Origin: a virus
Length of the DNA: 64,000 nucleotides
Reading direction: 5' to 3' (one strand)
Virus record (IMG/VR): IMGVR_UViG_3300042691_050360
Coordinates: 64,001-128,000 of that record
Shown: piece after piece, positions 46,328 through 57,275 of the stretch
How positions within the stretch are numbered: the stretch's first letter is position 1
How the letters are laid out: every line of letters begins with the position of its first letter
Notes under the pieces: model-generated
The model's database searches: none
What the model was told of the DNA's origin: nothing
What the model saw: only the letters and a program-made list of their open reading frames with translations
Made by a program: the position numbers and the translations under genes

Positions 46328-46657
46328 TCAAAAATCTGAGAGTTTTCTGTCACCATTCTTAAATTCATTTCCTAGCCAGAATTCATTGGATTTAGCCTCT
46401 CTGGAGTCTGGCGGAGCATCTTTCTTTCTTTTATTTGTCTCGTCTTTCATCCATTTTCCGCTGTCCAGTCTTTTCTCTGTAGCACCTTGTGATTTCTGGT
46501 TTCTGCTTCTTCCCTCTTTGGTTGCGAACGAGTCGAAAATTCTTTTCATTGTTCCTTTTCCACAAGGGCAAACGATCTCAGGTTTATAATCATTAGTAGA
46601 TAGGTGAACTTCATGGATAGAATTATCGCAACTGCATCTGAATCTAAACAAGGGCAT
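46328..46657 (-). CDS. FmdB-like zinc-ribbon protein
   Basis: MPLFRFRCSC...CPCG..MKRIF; start at ATG 46657. Confidence 0.7.
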   Translation of the reverse strand: MPLFRFRCSCDNSIHEVHLSTNDYKPEIVCPCGKGTMKRIFDSFATKEGRSRNQKSQGATEKRLDSGKWMKDETNKRKKDAPPDSREAKSNEFWLGNEFKNGDRKLSDF

Positions 46658-46813
46658 GACAAAAAATTTGTACACTTTTATTGTGTTAAGGCCCGAGATT
46701 TTTTTAAAACCAATATATACGAAGAAATTACTTTCAAGAATGGCAAGAAGGCTTTGAAGGCTGTCAATCCCACAAACAGTGTTGTTTCTTATCTAATCAT
46801 TAAGCAGAAATAA
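46604..46813 (+). CDS. Small hypothetical protein, start uncertain
   Basis: FYCVK...KNGKKALKA resembles small phage zinc-ribbon-like proteins; ends just before 46816. Confidence 0.35.
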   Translation: MNFMDRIIATASESKQGHDKKFVHFYCVKARDFFKTNIYEEITFKNGKKALKAVNPTNSVVSYLIIKQK

Positions 46814-46815
46814 AG

Positions 46816-47748
46816 ATGAAAAAAATAGTTGTATCACAGCCCTTGCCTGCAGCTGCCCCAGGTGGTATGGGAGAAGCTGTAGACGCCGTAGTGGATATCG
46901 CCGGGGGCTCTGTTAAGCCAATCGTTGATAAAGTGCGTAAGATAGATTTTAACAAAGATACACCTGGAAGCAATGCGTTAACAAACTACACGGAATTTAA
47001 TGAATTAGCTAATACTTTTAAGAATGTTTTTCATGTAACTGATCCTAAATTTACTGATGCCGAAAAGCTAAGGGAGTATTTTTTAGATGCTGGTTTATTT
47101 AACGATCTTAAAGGCCTTGTTCCTTTCGCCACCAATCTTAAAGATACGCTATTTGCTATCTCTGGGTATTCCAGGTTTGAGCCGAATATTGCCCAATTAC
47201 TGGCAAATTTCGCCCTTAACCTCTTAGATAGAACAAGAAGTTTTGACCAGGTTAACCGAAAACTCCAAGACATCAAAGACAAAGCATCTGACACCGAGCG
47301 ACCAAAAGACGCTTATATTATTGCTTTATTAAAAGGTGATTATCAAACCGCAAGCTTACTCCTATTACTATCTGATATTGGCAAGATGGTTTCTACAACA
47401 ACCCTAAAAGATATTCAAGAGACACAGCAGCTTGCAAATAAATTATTGGGACCAAAATCCCAGGAACTTCTCGACGCACAATATCTTGACAATCAGCAGG
47501 CTGCAGCAAATGCTGCAGTTCTAAAAAATTCTCTAGCAAAGTTCCGTGCCATGATACCCATGGGTGTTCAGCAAGCTCAATGGCGTAAACAAATTAATCA
47601 GTTCGGTGAATCTTTTTTCAAAAGTGATGCGGGTAAAGGTATCTTAGCCTCTCCCATCGTGACTCAACTTGGTGCGGCTGCCGCTGGCTTTGAGTCACTC
47701 AAAGATGTTTATAAGTTTCCTTTAAAGGAAACATTTGGGGGTAAATAA
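46816..47748 (+). CDS. Helical hypothetical protein, possibly virion-associated
   Basis: 310 aa; IVVSQ N-terminal motif; first of a coupled operon. Confidence 0.6.
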   Translation: MKKIVVSQPLPAAAPGGMGEAVDAVVDIAGGSVKPIVDKVRKIDFNKDTPGSNALTNYTEFNELANTFKNVFHVTDPKFTDAEKLREYFLDAGLFNDLKGLVPFATNLKDTLFAISGYSRFEPNIAQLLANFALNLLDRTRSFDQVNRKLQDIKDKASDTERPKDAYIIALLKGDYQTASLLLLLSDIGKMVSTTTLKDIQETQQLANKLLGPKSQELLDAQYLDNQQAAANAAVLKNSLAKFRAMIPMGVQQAQWRKQINQFGESFFKSDAGKGILASPIVTQLGAAAAGFESLKDVYKFPLKETFGGK

Positions 47749-48728
47749 TGTTTAATTATAAGAAGTTTGTTTTCAAGAAGTTCTCCCAGGCCCAACCCGC
47801 TCAGACACAATCTGGAAAAATTTTAAATGAATTAGACCCAAATAAGTCCACTGGCAAGATCTTAGATGAATTAGATACAAATAAGTCCGTTGATAAAAAA
47901 GTTGAAGAGCAAGTTAGTGCTAGAGCACAAGAAAAAGCAAGGTCGGTTAATAATGCCAAGCGTCAGCTGGGTGTTTTTGAAGATACTTTTGAAAAGCTTG
48001 GTGAAGCCCTCCAAGAAGTCTCTAAGGACTCTCCTTTTGCATCGGTAGAGCCTGGCAACCTAGTTAAGGCATGCGATTCAGTCGCCAAGACTCTTAATAA
48101 AGAAAATGTCATTACTCCTGATGAAATTCAGGATATATATCAACAATATATAGAAGCTTTCCAAAATATGCTATCAGCTTCGCAATCGCTTTTTACTGAA
48201 TATGATGAAGTTAAAAACGACGATGAAGTATTAAAGCTCCTTAATCTTGGCGGCGAGATCAGAAGCGATTCAGGGGCCCCGGCATCTCCTCAGACAAAAG
48301 TGAATGAACCAGATCGGTTAGAAATGAAATCGTTTCTTGATGCCGAGATTCAAAAAATACAAAACAAGATTAAGTTGAATGAGCTTAAGATCACAAAGCA
48401 ACAACGCCAATTTATGCAGTTTGATATTCTGTATCAAGATATGTTTAACTATTATTCTTTACTTTCTAGAATTTGCGAGACAAAAACCCGATATGATGCA
48501 CAGGTTGAGCAGTTTAAATTTGGGAGTCCTGAAGATTATCAGGCTTTGCTGAGCTATTATGAATATGGTATGTCTTTGCTTCAAATTATGGCACCGAAGG
48601 CAGCTAGTATCTTTCCCACGAATGCAAAAAATATACAATCTTACTATTCGATGTTAATAGAACAGGCTCGGGCTGAAATTAGTAAGCTTTCCATTGATCC
48701 GCTTAAGGCACTGTACGGAAGGAAGTAA
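47748..48728 (+). CDS. Coiled-coil hypothetical protein
   Basis: 326 aa; FKKFSQ motif; 13-aa tandem repeat GKIL.ELD.NKS. Confidence 0.6.
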   Translation: MFNYKKFVFKKFSQAQPAQTQSGKILNELDPNKSTGKILDELDTNKSVDKKVEEQVSARAQEKARSVNNAKRQLGVFEDTFEKLGEALQEVSKDSPFASVEPGNLVKACDSVAKTLNKENVITPDEIQDIYQQYIEAFQNMLSASQSLFTEYDEVKNDDEVLKLLNLGGEIRSDSGAPASPQTKVNEPDRLEMKSFLDAEIQKIQNKIKLNELKITKQQRQFMQFDILYQDMFNYYSLLSRICETKTRYDAQVEQFKFGSPEDYQALLSYYEYGMSLLQIMAPKAASIFPTNAKNIQSYYSMLIEQARAEISKLSIDPLKALYGRK

Positions 48729-48729
48729 T

Positions 48730-49368
48730 GTGGATTTCGAAGCTTTTGTTGAATTTTCAGATTTAGGGCTAGATGATTACATTATAGATCTTGATTGGGA
48801 TATTGAAGCCAAGCGTTTCTTGCCATCTCATCATACCGCCGGGGACTTAAGAGCTATAAATGTCGGCCAAAAACAATCAAAGAAGCAAAAAGTTTTTAAG
48901 ACTCTTGGGGCACTCAAGCGGGAAAACTCCGAGCCAGTAAATATTCACGACTCTGGCTATAACCTTGATGCCCCTGCTGTTGAGGGTAATCAAACACAAT
49001 CTGATTCAGAAAGAAATGTTATTCTGAACACCGCTGAAAAGATAACAGAAATCCTTGGCGACAAGATTGTAAATGAAGTGATTAACAACAGCTCTTTCAG
49101 TGAAAATGTAAATGTAAAAATAGAAGAGAGTGTAACAAACATATCTGATGTTCTTAATCAAAAAATAGAACAATCAAATTCATTTACCACTGAACAAATT
49201 ACTGAATTAGAATCAAATATGAATATGATCAATAATACTCATATTCATCCGCGTGAATTAAAAATAATAGAGGAGAGGGTCACCGAGCAAAATGAAAAAA
49301 TCAAACAAGAAATTGATCGAAAGATTGAAAAGCAAAAAGATTTTTTCACGAAGTTCTTAAACTCATAA
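48730..49368 (+). CDS. Hypothetical protein
   Basis: In-frame GTG just after the upstream stop preferred over TTG 48694. Confidence 0.55.
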   Translation: MDFEAFVEFSDLGLDDYIIDLDWDIEAKRFLPSHHTAGDLRAINVGQKQSKKQKVFKTLGALKRENSEPVNIHDSGYNLDAPAVEGNQTQSDSERNVILNTAEKITEILGDKIVNEVINNSSFSENVNVKIEESVTNISDVLNQKIEQSNSFTTEQITELESNMNMINNTHIHPRELKIIEERVTEQNEKIKQEIDRKIEKQKDFFTKFLNS

Positions 49369-49369
49369 C

Positions 49370-52300
49370 ATGCCAGATCCATATGAAAATCCAGATGTCA
49401 CACCGTGTTTAGGCACTTACACATGGGTTCCCACCACGCCACCAAATTTTGGTGGATTTAACTTCACCAGGGGGTTTTCAAGTCTTATAATAGACAGGGG
49501 GTCTTTCAGGAACTATTGGTATAAAAATCTTTTAGAGAAAAACATTCTAGTCAGAACCTTTTCAGATAATACCTCATCGGGATCTCCATATAATCCGATA
49601 AAAAACTCTACCAGGTCACTAGCATTAGGCTTTCCTGTAAAGATAGGAAATGGAGACAATGTTGCAATATCTGAAGTGAAAAGTGAAAGTTTAATAGAGT
49701 TTGATTTTCTCACTGACAGTCAGAAGAGGCTTTCTTGTATTCAAATTAATTATGATTTATCTGTTTTTGCTAATGATGAGAATTATAATTTTGATCTAAA
49801 TCCCCCGGTTCCAGCTGTTTTGGTTTATGGCAAAACCTCTTCTGGTGCTGAAGAATTAATAACAACAGATGTTTTTAAGGGCTTGAATTTAACCAGAACC
49901 AGGAGCACCTTAAATGAATCAAATTTAGTATCCGCAAATAATTCAGGCTCGCCAGATTCCGGCCCATATTTTGTTAATTTCAAAATAAAGATAAAAGAGG
50001 AGATCCTTGACAGATCTAAATTCCCTCAGTACAAAAGCGTAATTTTTAAGATAAATCCAGCTATTGTATCATTGCCCTCAAGCTTGGTTTTTGTTATAAA
50101 AAACATAATGTTCTTTACTGCAGATCGTGTTAATTTTAGGTTTGCGGCGGAGTCAGATCAATTGCCATGTAAGGCCCTTGGTTACTCGATGGCGATTGAC
50201 GGAACTTTTTTTCCAGCACTTGCACTAGGGGCTTCATTGGCTTCAGCCGCTGGAGGAGTTCTTTCAGGAGTTTCAGTGGGCACAATGGGTTTATTTATTT
50301 GGCCATCGATCTTACCTGATAATTGCAACATAGATGTGAAATTATTCAATCCCGATTTCATATCTAATTCACCAGGATTTGCTCATTCATTGAACCTTCA
50401 TTTGTATATTTTCACTATGCCCGTTTTTGGGCCACTAGGTGATTTTTTACTTCCGGGAGTTTTACAGCCTCATTTTGGCGTAATATTGGGTCCAAAAAGC
50501 TTTACCCAGCAATGGATTTTTTATGGAAATAGCAATAATAACAATCTTCAACTGGCGGTAATGAACTCCGCATTGTTCAAGAAAAATTCGGGCTTGGTGA
50601 CATTGCTACAAGGAGAACAAGCCGTTGGAGAGGTAAAACAAATTCGACCCTTGGTCAGTGGTTTTTCTTCAATTGTAAAAAATCAACCTTACTATGAACA
50701 GCTCGGGGTTTCAACTACCGGCGGATTTAAAAATGATTATGTAGATGAATTTGGTATTCAGAGTCAATCTGAAACATATAATGGATCAGTTCCCCGCCTC
50801 ACTCCATTCACGGCACTGGAACCAGTGGCAAATTTCCCGAGAACCTCAAAACAACAATTCGCTTATTCAACATTTTTGTTTGAAACTGAGCCCGATTTAT
50901 TTAATTTGTTTACAGAATCTGCACCCTGTCTTTTGTTTAAGTGCTCAAGTTCATCAGGGTTTTCTGATAGCATATTTATAGAGCCAGGATTTTTATATGC
51001 ATCTTTAAATTGTTTCTCAACAGATGCCTCAGGCATGTTTGACACTAAATTAGTTTACAGATTCTTTTTAGTATCTAAAGACGCCACTCCAACACCCACC
51101 GATCCATTAACTAAAACAATAAAGATACAAGAATCTGGAACTAATGATTCTTCTATAATAATTGAGCCAGTGGATCGCTCGTGGGATTTTTCAAACACAC
51201 TGGTTACAGGAAATATAGTTGGTGATCTTAATACGGTAGAGACAGCTGAGATTATAAACCAGTCTCTAAGAACATTCAGTCCATTTGATGGCAAGCCTTA
51301 TGATCTTTATTGCGGCGTTTATGCTATGTCAAGCTTGAATGACAGCTTTTCTGGCTATGATTTAACAAAATATTCAACATTAGACTTGCCAACTGTTACT
51401 TTTTCAATCAATAATGATTTTATCATCCAACTTCCAATTTATTACAGAAAATCTTATGCCAATGGCGGAACGCTGCAAGCACAAAGAGATTTTGGATTAA
51501 AAGGGCGATATACTTCGGATAAATTAAGCTACACAATTATAACAGAAAAATACAACGGAAGTCCTTTTTCCGGGGGTACTTACAGCGGTAGCATAGACTC
51601 ATTCGACGGTGTAAGCGGTTTGCTCACTTTTGTTGAAAGCTCCACTGCACCTTCTGATAAAACAAAATTTTCAATACAAGCCGGCGAGAATATTACCGAA
51701 ACAGATTATGTCTTATTGGTTGAATCCACCTCCAATGCAAGAATTAATTCAGGGGAGTGGGTTTTAAGTTTTAGTGCGGACGTTAGTGCGGGCGGTTCTA
51801 ACATTGAAGCTAAATTTGAAATTGATTTGGTTGACAGAAGGAGTTCCAATTTAATATTGAAGGTTTTAAGCAGTGAGTTTCAGCCAATTTTTGCGTCAGT
51901 TGGTGACTCGCCTGCTTCAAAGACTTGCACCGCCAATATCACAGTTCCCTTCTTTCTTCCGCAGAGCGAGGGTTTGTTGGTTGTAAGAATACTATTCAGA
52001 AATAAAACAGCTTCCTTAGCCACTGTTTCTGTTGATAAAATCACCTTAGAAGAGAATACTCTTGAACAATTTAGTTTTATACCTCAGCAAATAAGAAATT
52101 ATTTAATAGGATTTTATGAAGACTTGCCAATTCAGCCCGATTCTTTTGTTTCAGGTTGTCAATCATTCATACTAAAGCTTGATATGGGCTCTGGAACGAT
52201 CATATATGATCCGCAGAAGGGCCTCAGTATTACAGGCGTGATCTATAGCCCCACTTGGGCAGTGGATTTGCCGGAGAATATGGAGATTCAATACAATGCC

Positions 52301-53686
52301 ACTCAAATCAACAAGAGCAGAACTGGTAGTATTGTGAACGGAGTGGAACCATATAAAATATTCTTCAGAACTGGCCAATCTAATGATGTGAAAGTTATAG
52401 ATACAAAGCGGCACCAAAATGGCTTGATTGTAACAATGGCTAATACTAAAACTAATACATCTGATAATGCTATACAACAGATTGTGTCTGAGAGTTTCTT
52501 TAGATTAACCACCTACACTGATAAAGTCACCACGCCTTTAAGCAACTTAAATCTCGTTGAATTAGATTTAAAAAACCCAATCTTGTCAAAAAGTGATAAC
52601 AACAACATTCAACTCGCCCTTTCCGGCCAGAATCTAAACAATGCAAATATAACAACTTTGCTCTTTAACAATGAAGCACCTGGATATTACTCCACTCAGC
52701 CAAGCGACGGCGGTACATTTATGCCGATTAACGACCCCGGTTCTGTTGTAAGTAAGTCGGCTAATTGTGCTATAACCACTTTTGATTTCAAGGATGATAA
52801 ATCCAATAATATAGGCGTAACTGCAGGTGGTAATTTAATATACTCCCTGAATCAATCTTCCTCTACATCTCAAGCTACTAATTTTACTTTAGTTGAGGGG
52901 GATCCAGCAAACAATAGCACCAACGAAGAGCTTGGCAACTTTGATAACCTATATATTTCCTCAGGTGTTGATAACCAATATGTTTTTTGCGGCCCCGCTC
53001 AAGTCACTTTTCCTGGAATATTGCTTACGAGCCAGAATTGTGTTGTGTTTTATGTGTTTGCTAAAACCAACTCTTTATCCTCTCAGGCGAAATCAAACAG
53101 AGATTTTTTCAACATTAAACCCGGAACTGCCATTTATGGAAGATTTTTAAGTGGTGCCAGGATTTCCACTGTATTTTTAGTTTTTGATTTTGAGGGCTAT
53201 TGCGAGCAAAACGGTGGAGTAAATTTTGGCACAAACGAATTTCCAATTATTAATCAGATCACTGTTTGCAAGAATGATATTTATTCTTATGGTGAAAGCT
53301 TTAATTTAGTTTTTGATTGTGCTGGAAAAATATTTGTTGCAAGATCTGTGTTTACCCAAAACAACGCATTTACGTCCGGCCTTGGGATTGTTTATGGCAA
53401 TCTTGAAACATCATCTGATGCCGCTGGTTCAAAATTTTTAAATTGTTTAAATAATATGGTTTCCAATTCTTCGCTTTATAAATTCAGATATAAAGACCGA
53501 AGTGGTATTCCTAAAGCTTTTTATAATAAAGACTTAGATTTTTCACAAAAAATAGGATTTGTTGATTTTGACGGCGTTTACATGGGTGTACAATTTTACA
53601 TAGGCTCAGATATTTATGAGATTGTGATTGATAAATCTTATGTACTCGAAGGCGAGTACAGGAAAATCGGAGAAATTAATGAATAG
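49370..53686 (+). CDS. Very large virion structural protein
   Basis: 1438 aa, beta-rich, in the tail operon. Confidence 0.55.
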   Translation: MPDPYENPDVTPCLGTYTWVPTTPPNFGGFNFTRGFSSLIIDRGSFRNYWYKNLLEKNILVRTFSDNTSSGSPYNPIKNSTRSLALGFPVKIGNGDNVAISEVKSESLIEFDFLTDSQKRLSCIQINYDLSVFANDENYNFDLNPPVPAVLVYGKTSSGAEELITTDVFKGLNLTRTRSTLNESNLVSANNSGSPDSGPYFVNFKIKIKEEILDRSKFPQYKSVIFKINPAIVSLPSSLVFVIKNIMFFTADRVNFRFAAESDQLPCKALGYSMAIDGTFFPALALGASLASAAGGVLSGVSVGTMGLFIWPSILPDNCNIDVKLFNPDFISNSPGFAHSLNLHLYIFTMPVFGPLGDFLLPGVLQPHFGVILGPKSFTQQWIFYGNSNNNNLQLAVMNSALFKKNSGLVTLLQGEQAVGEVKQIRPLVSGFSSIVKNQPYYEQLGVSTTGGFKNDYVDEFGIQSQSETYNGSVPRLTPFTALEPVANFPRTSKQQFAYSTFLFETEPDLFNLFTESAPCLLFKCSSSSGFSDSIFIEPGFLYASLNCFSTDASGMFDTKLVYRFFLVSKDATPTPTDPLTKTIKIQESGTNDSSIIIEPVDRSWDFSNTLVTGNIVGDLNTVETAEIINQSLRTFSPFDGKPYDLYCGVYAMSSLNDSFSGYDLTKYSTLDLPTVTFSINNDFIIQLPIYYRKSYANGGTLQAQRDFGLKGRYTSDKLSYTIITEKYNGSPFSGGTYSGSIDSFDGVSGLLTFVESSTAPSDKTKFSIQAGENITETDYVLLVESTSNARINSGEWVLSFSADVSAGGSNIEAKFEIDLVDRRSSNLILKVLSSEFQPIFASVGDSPASKTCTANITVPFFLPQSEGLLVVRILFRNKTASLATVSVDKITLEENTLEQFSFIPQQIRNYLIGFYEDLPIQPDSFVSGCQSFILKLDMGSGTIIYDPQKGLSITGVIYSPTWAVDLPENMEIQYNATQINKSRTGSIVNGVEPYKIFFRTGQSNDVKVIDTKRHQNGLIVTMANTKTNTSDNAIQQIVSESFFRLTTYTDKVTTPLSNLNLVELDLKNPILSKSDNNNIQLALSGQNLNNANITTLLFNNEAPGYYSTQPSDGGTFMPINDPGSVVSKSANCAITTFDFKDDKSNNIGVTAGGNLIYSLNQSSSTSQATNFTLVEGDPANNSTNEELGNFDNLYISSGVDNQYVFCGPAQVTFPGILLTSQNCVVFYVFAKTNSLSSQAKSNRDFFNIKPGTAIYGRFLSGARISTVFLVFDFEGYCEQNGGVNFGTNEFPIINQITVCKNDIYSYGESFNLVFDCAGKIFVARSVFTQNNAFTSGLGIVYGNLETSSDAAGSKFLNCLNNMVSNSSLYKFRYKDRSGIPKAFYNKDLDFSQKIGFVDFDGVYMGVQFYIGSDIYEIVIDKSYVLEGEYRKIGEINE

Positions 53687-53692
53687 GAAGAA

Positions 53693-56600
53693 ATGGCAGT
53701 AGGCACTCAAATTCAAGAATCAAATTATTCAAATTTTGACTTCTCAGATAGTATTAATCTCAAAAAATCTCAATTGAACATTAAGATTGAGTTAGGTGTG
53801 CTGAATATTAAATCAAGATCTGGATTTCAGCAGTCCTACGCTGAAAATATTTCTGAAAATCAATTTTTTCCCTTAGCAGGTGGCAAACAGGCACAATCTT
53901 TTGTTTCCACTCCTACCTTGAACCCAAATAAGTCTCAAACGCTGGTCTCCACAGTAAACGGGATTATGAATCAGCATTTTACTGTCACCGGTGCACCATA
54001 TTGTACGTTTGTCGAGGGTACTCTTGAGGCTGGTGCCGAACACCCATATTATAATTTAATTAAGGGGCCGCCAACTGCTCCATTTTATGAATCTTCATCC
54101 ACTCTGTCTTATGCCCCATCTAACCCTGCGATATTAACTCAATTTTTTCAACAAAGTTATAATTCAGAGTCCTTGGTTTTTAATAAGGTGGGTAGCCCAT
54201 TCATTCCTGGCACTACAAAAACATCTAACGCCGTGGACGAGAAAAAAAAAGCTGGGGCGATAAGCACAATAACTAGTTATAACATTTGGGAAGTAGAGAA
54301 CCTTGGTGGAATAGACCCCAGGGATCCTAAGCAAAGAGAAAACAAAACTCAATTTTTTAATTTTCAAAGATATCTTGGCTTTCTTCCTAAGCCAGGTGCC
54401 ACACTAGACAAGATTCAGCCATACGCACAAACGGTTTCCTTTAGTGACACCGCAGAGATACAAGTTTTTGCTTCTAACTCACAGGTTTCTCTTCGCAGAT
54501 ATTATCCCATGTCAAAAGATTACGCTCATGAAAGTGGTTGTAAATATTTGATATATGACAGTGCTACTGGTTCCGCCCCTGAGCTAAAAGCTGAACCTCT
54601 CAAATTAGACAAGGTTTATTATACCCCAGACCCAAAAAAGCCAAATATAACCAAGAAGGTTCCAGCCGTGGGTTTTGTTTTGAAACTTTCCTCTGTTGTT
54701 CTGAATAATATACCGCCAACAGCAGCTCAGAATAACCCAACGATCCTCGCTGCACCTCAAATACTGGTTTCGTGGGGGAGAATTAATGCAAGTGAAGAAG
54801 AGCTTAAACAGGCTACTAAATTAGGCGAAATTTGCAAATACACGCTGAAGCTTTCTGCAAATGAAACCCCCACAGTGTATTTTAATATCACGGACAGGGA
54901 GCTGACTAACGATGTTGTCAGTGCTAATAATAAGTCTGTTAGCCTAACAGCACTTAAGGGTCTTGCATCTCAAGATGGTAATACCGGGGCGAAATCCCCT
55001 AATGATTTACAGATATTCGTTTATTACACGGGGCCCTATATGCAAATCGGAAACACGCCAAACCCAGGCGAATGGCAGACTGTTGCCGCACCAGACGAAA
55101 TTCCGCTCGATAACTATCCTGGTGAACCAGCTTCTCAACCTACAAAGAAATTGAGACACATGCTAGATGACACATCTGAAATAAGAATTTCAGCCCAATT
55201 TGTTAATTTTACGTTCTCTTATGGCCCGCCATTATTTTCACCTTATGACCCGAACAATATTAATAAATTTTCAGCCAATCTTGCCAATACTTTGAATTTT
55301 ATTTCAGGCGATGAGCCAGAATCTGCAGAGGAAGCTCAATCTGAGCCGTCCGTTTTTAACGGTTTTTCCGTGTCGGCAACAGCTCGGACATCAATTGCAG
55401 AGAACATACTCAATAACTCTATTCTAACCTTCGGCTCAGCAGAAGATTTAGATGTTAATGTGAAGCCAGATGACATTAATAATGAAATTACAGAGATAAA
55501 CTCCGCCGCATTTATTGATGCAAGGGCTGATATTTCAGCCGCAGATTTTAGCTATGATACCGTGGCGTCAGGAACAAAATTTAAACTCACTTTTCCGAAA
55601 AACGCGGGAGGTTTTACCTTTAACAATTTTAAGCCCGTTTTCGCCCCTGAGCCTGATATAAAAGAATCATACACCAACTATGAATTTAAGATTAGAAACT
55701 CAAAAGATACTATTTCTGAGATATTGTCAAATTCAGTTAAAAGTCTATCTTTAACAAAGAGGCTGGATGAGGACAAAAATGCTAGAATTTCTTCTGAGCT
55801 AGATATTCAATTTCTTAATCTTAACAAATCAGAGAGTGGCTTGAAAATCCTCCAATTTATGAGGCAAAATATCACTACCATTAGAGTTTCGGCTGGCTAT
55901 GAGACTTTATATCCGTTCTTCGAGGGAATGGTTGAGGACATTAAAGTCACTGAGGGATTAAGTGAAACCATAGTCAAAGTTCAATCGAAAGATTTATTGC
56001 AAAAAATATTTGTTGATGATGAAACCATAATTGTTTCAACAGTTTACATGAACTTCCAGGGAATGAGATACAATAAGGTCATCAACCAAATGGTTTATTA
56101 CTCGGAGCTCCACAATCACTTTAAATATGCTCTTGGTGATCCTACCGCAGCCGGGAAAGATGGACAAACGCTGGGGTATGCCTTCAATTTTAATGAATTT
56201 TATAGACTTCCACCTATTGATGTTTCTAGTTTAAGCCCGAAAGCCGCCTCTCTTAAAATTGTTCCGTATGATGACAAAGTTAATACATATTATAATTTAC
56301 TCGCATATATAAAGAATCTATCTATCCAAATAAGTGACGGCAGATCTCAAAACAGTGTGAGGTTTGATGTGCCCATTTATTATTGGTACACTAGCGGTTC
56401 CGGTGAAGATAAAGATTTCCAAGGAACAAAAGAGGTGATCAGAGGAAATGGCATAGTAATGTCGTCCAGAACCATGAGTAAAGATACTGACACATTTTAT
56501 CTTTCCAAGAAAAATATATCCAAAGAGATGACTACAGATATTTCTTCACTCCATGGCATGCTTTCTGGGAGCGAAGCTTTTACCTCCACCTCTAAATCTA

Positions 56601-57160
56601 CTAATTTGTTTAGACAAGGGAAGTACAGATATATAGACAGCCAGCAAAAAGTCCACACCATTGATGTTTACAATGAAAAAGATATCGCCTTTTATGAAAA
56701 ACTAATACAAAATCCAGAAGAGGCTTATATTGATAATATTGAGTCTTACATAGGCTATCAAAAGTTAATTATGTTTGATAACGCACCGCAAGAATTCGGG
56801 GAAAGCCAAATCCCCAATACTTTGATACCATCAAATAAATATGCCAAATCTTGGGTTGAGAGAATTTTTAAATCTGCATACACTGATGTTTATGAAACCA
56901 TCAGTCTTAAAGCCTTCGTAACAAAGCCCCTGAAGGAATGGGGTAGTTTTTATGTTGCTTTTGAAGAAGATGGGAGGCTATTTACTTTTGAGCAGGGCTC
57001 CGGGAGAATAATCGAATTACAAGATGATAAGAAATCCGGAGATGTCAGAATGCCCGATAGATACTTGTATCAATCGGTAACATACAATTTTGACATAGAT
57101 AAAAATCTGATAACTGCTGAAATTCAAGCTTCCAAGAAGGCTATTCAAGCACTTGATTAA
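53693..57160 (+). CDS. Large tail protein, possibly baseplate-hub-like
   Basis: LDIQFLN...IRVSAGY....FFEGMVEDI......VKVQSKD resembles hub/Tal N-terminal strands. Confidence 0.45.
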   Translation: MAVGTQIQESNYSNFDFSDSINLKKSQLNIKIELGVLNIKSRSGFQQSYAENISENQFFPLAGGKQAQSFVSTPTLNPNKSQTLVSTVNGIMNQHFTVTGAPYCTFVEGTLEAGAEHPYYNLIKGPPTAPFYESSSTLSYAPSNPAILTQFFQQSYNSESLVFNKVGSPFIPGTTKTSNAVDEKKKAGAISTITSYNIWEVENLGGIDPRDPKQRENKTQFFNFQRYLGFLPKPGATLDKIQPYAQTVSFSDTAEIQVFASNSQVSLRRYYPMSKDYAHESGCKYLIYDSATGSAPELKAEPLKLDKVYYTPDPKKPNITKKVPAVGFVLKLSSVVLNNIPPTAAQNNPTILAAPQILVSWGRINASEEELKQATKLGEICKYTLKLSANETPTVYFNITDRELTNDVVSANNKSVSLTALKGLASQDGNTGAKSPNDLQIFVYYTGPYMQIGNTPNPGEWQTVAAPDEIPLDNYPGEPASQPTKKLRHMLDDTSEIRISAQFVNFTFSYGPPLFSPYDPNNINKFSANLANTLNFISGDEPESAEEAQSEPSVFNGFSVSATARTSIAENILNNSILTFGSAEDLDVNVKPDDINNEITEINSAAFIDARADISAADFSYDTVASGTKFKLTFPKNAGGFTFNNFKPVFAPEPDIKESYTNYEFKIRNSKDTISEILSNSVKSLSLTKRLDEDKNARISSELDIQFLNLNKSESGLKILQFMRQNITTIRVSAGYETLYPFFEGMVEDIKVTEGLSETIVKVQSKDLLQKIFVDDETIIVSTVYMNFQGMRYNKVINQMVYYSELHNHFKYALGDPTAAGKDGQTLGYAFNFNEFYRLPPIDVSSLSPKAASLKIVPYDDKVNTYYNLLAYIKNLSIQISDGRSQNSVRFDVPIYYWYTSGSGEDKDFQGTKEVIRGNGIVMSSRTMSKDTDTFYLSKKNISKEMTTDISSLHGMLSGSEAFTSTSKSTNLFRQGKYRYIDSQQKVHTIDVYNEKDIAFYEKLIQNPEEAYIDNIESYIGYQKLIMFDNAPQEFGESQIPNTLIPSNKYAKSWVERIFKSAYTDVYETISLKAFVTKPLKEWGSFYVAFEEDGRLFTFEQGSGRIIELQDDKKSGDVRMPDRYLYQSVTYNFDIDKNLITAEIQASKKAIQALD

Positions 57161-57275
57161 TCTAGCTAAGCTACTCAGTATATTCTGTAATTCACCCCGC
57201 TCGCACAGGTATTTTGGTAGAAAAGATTAAATATTAACTTAGGGTGCTTGTGATTAGTCATGGGCTGAAAACTAT

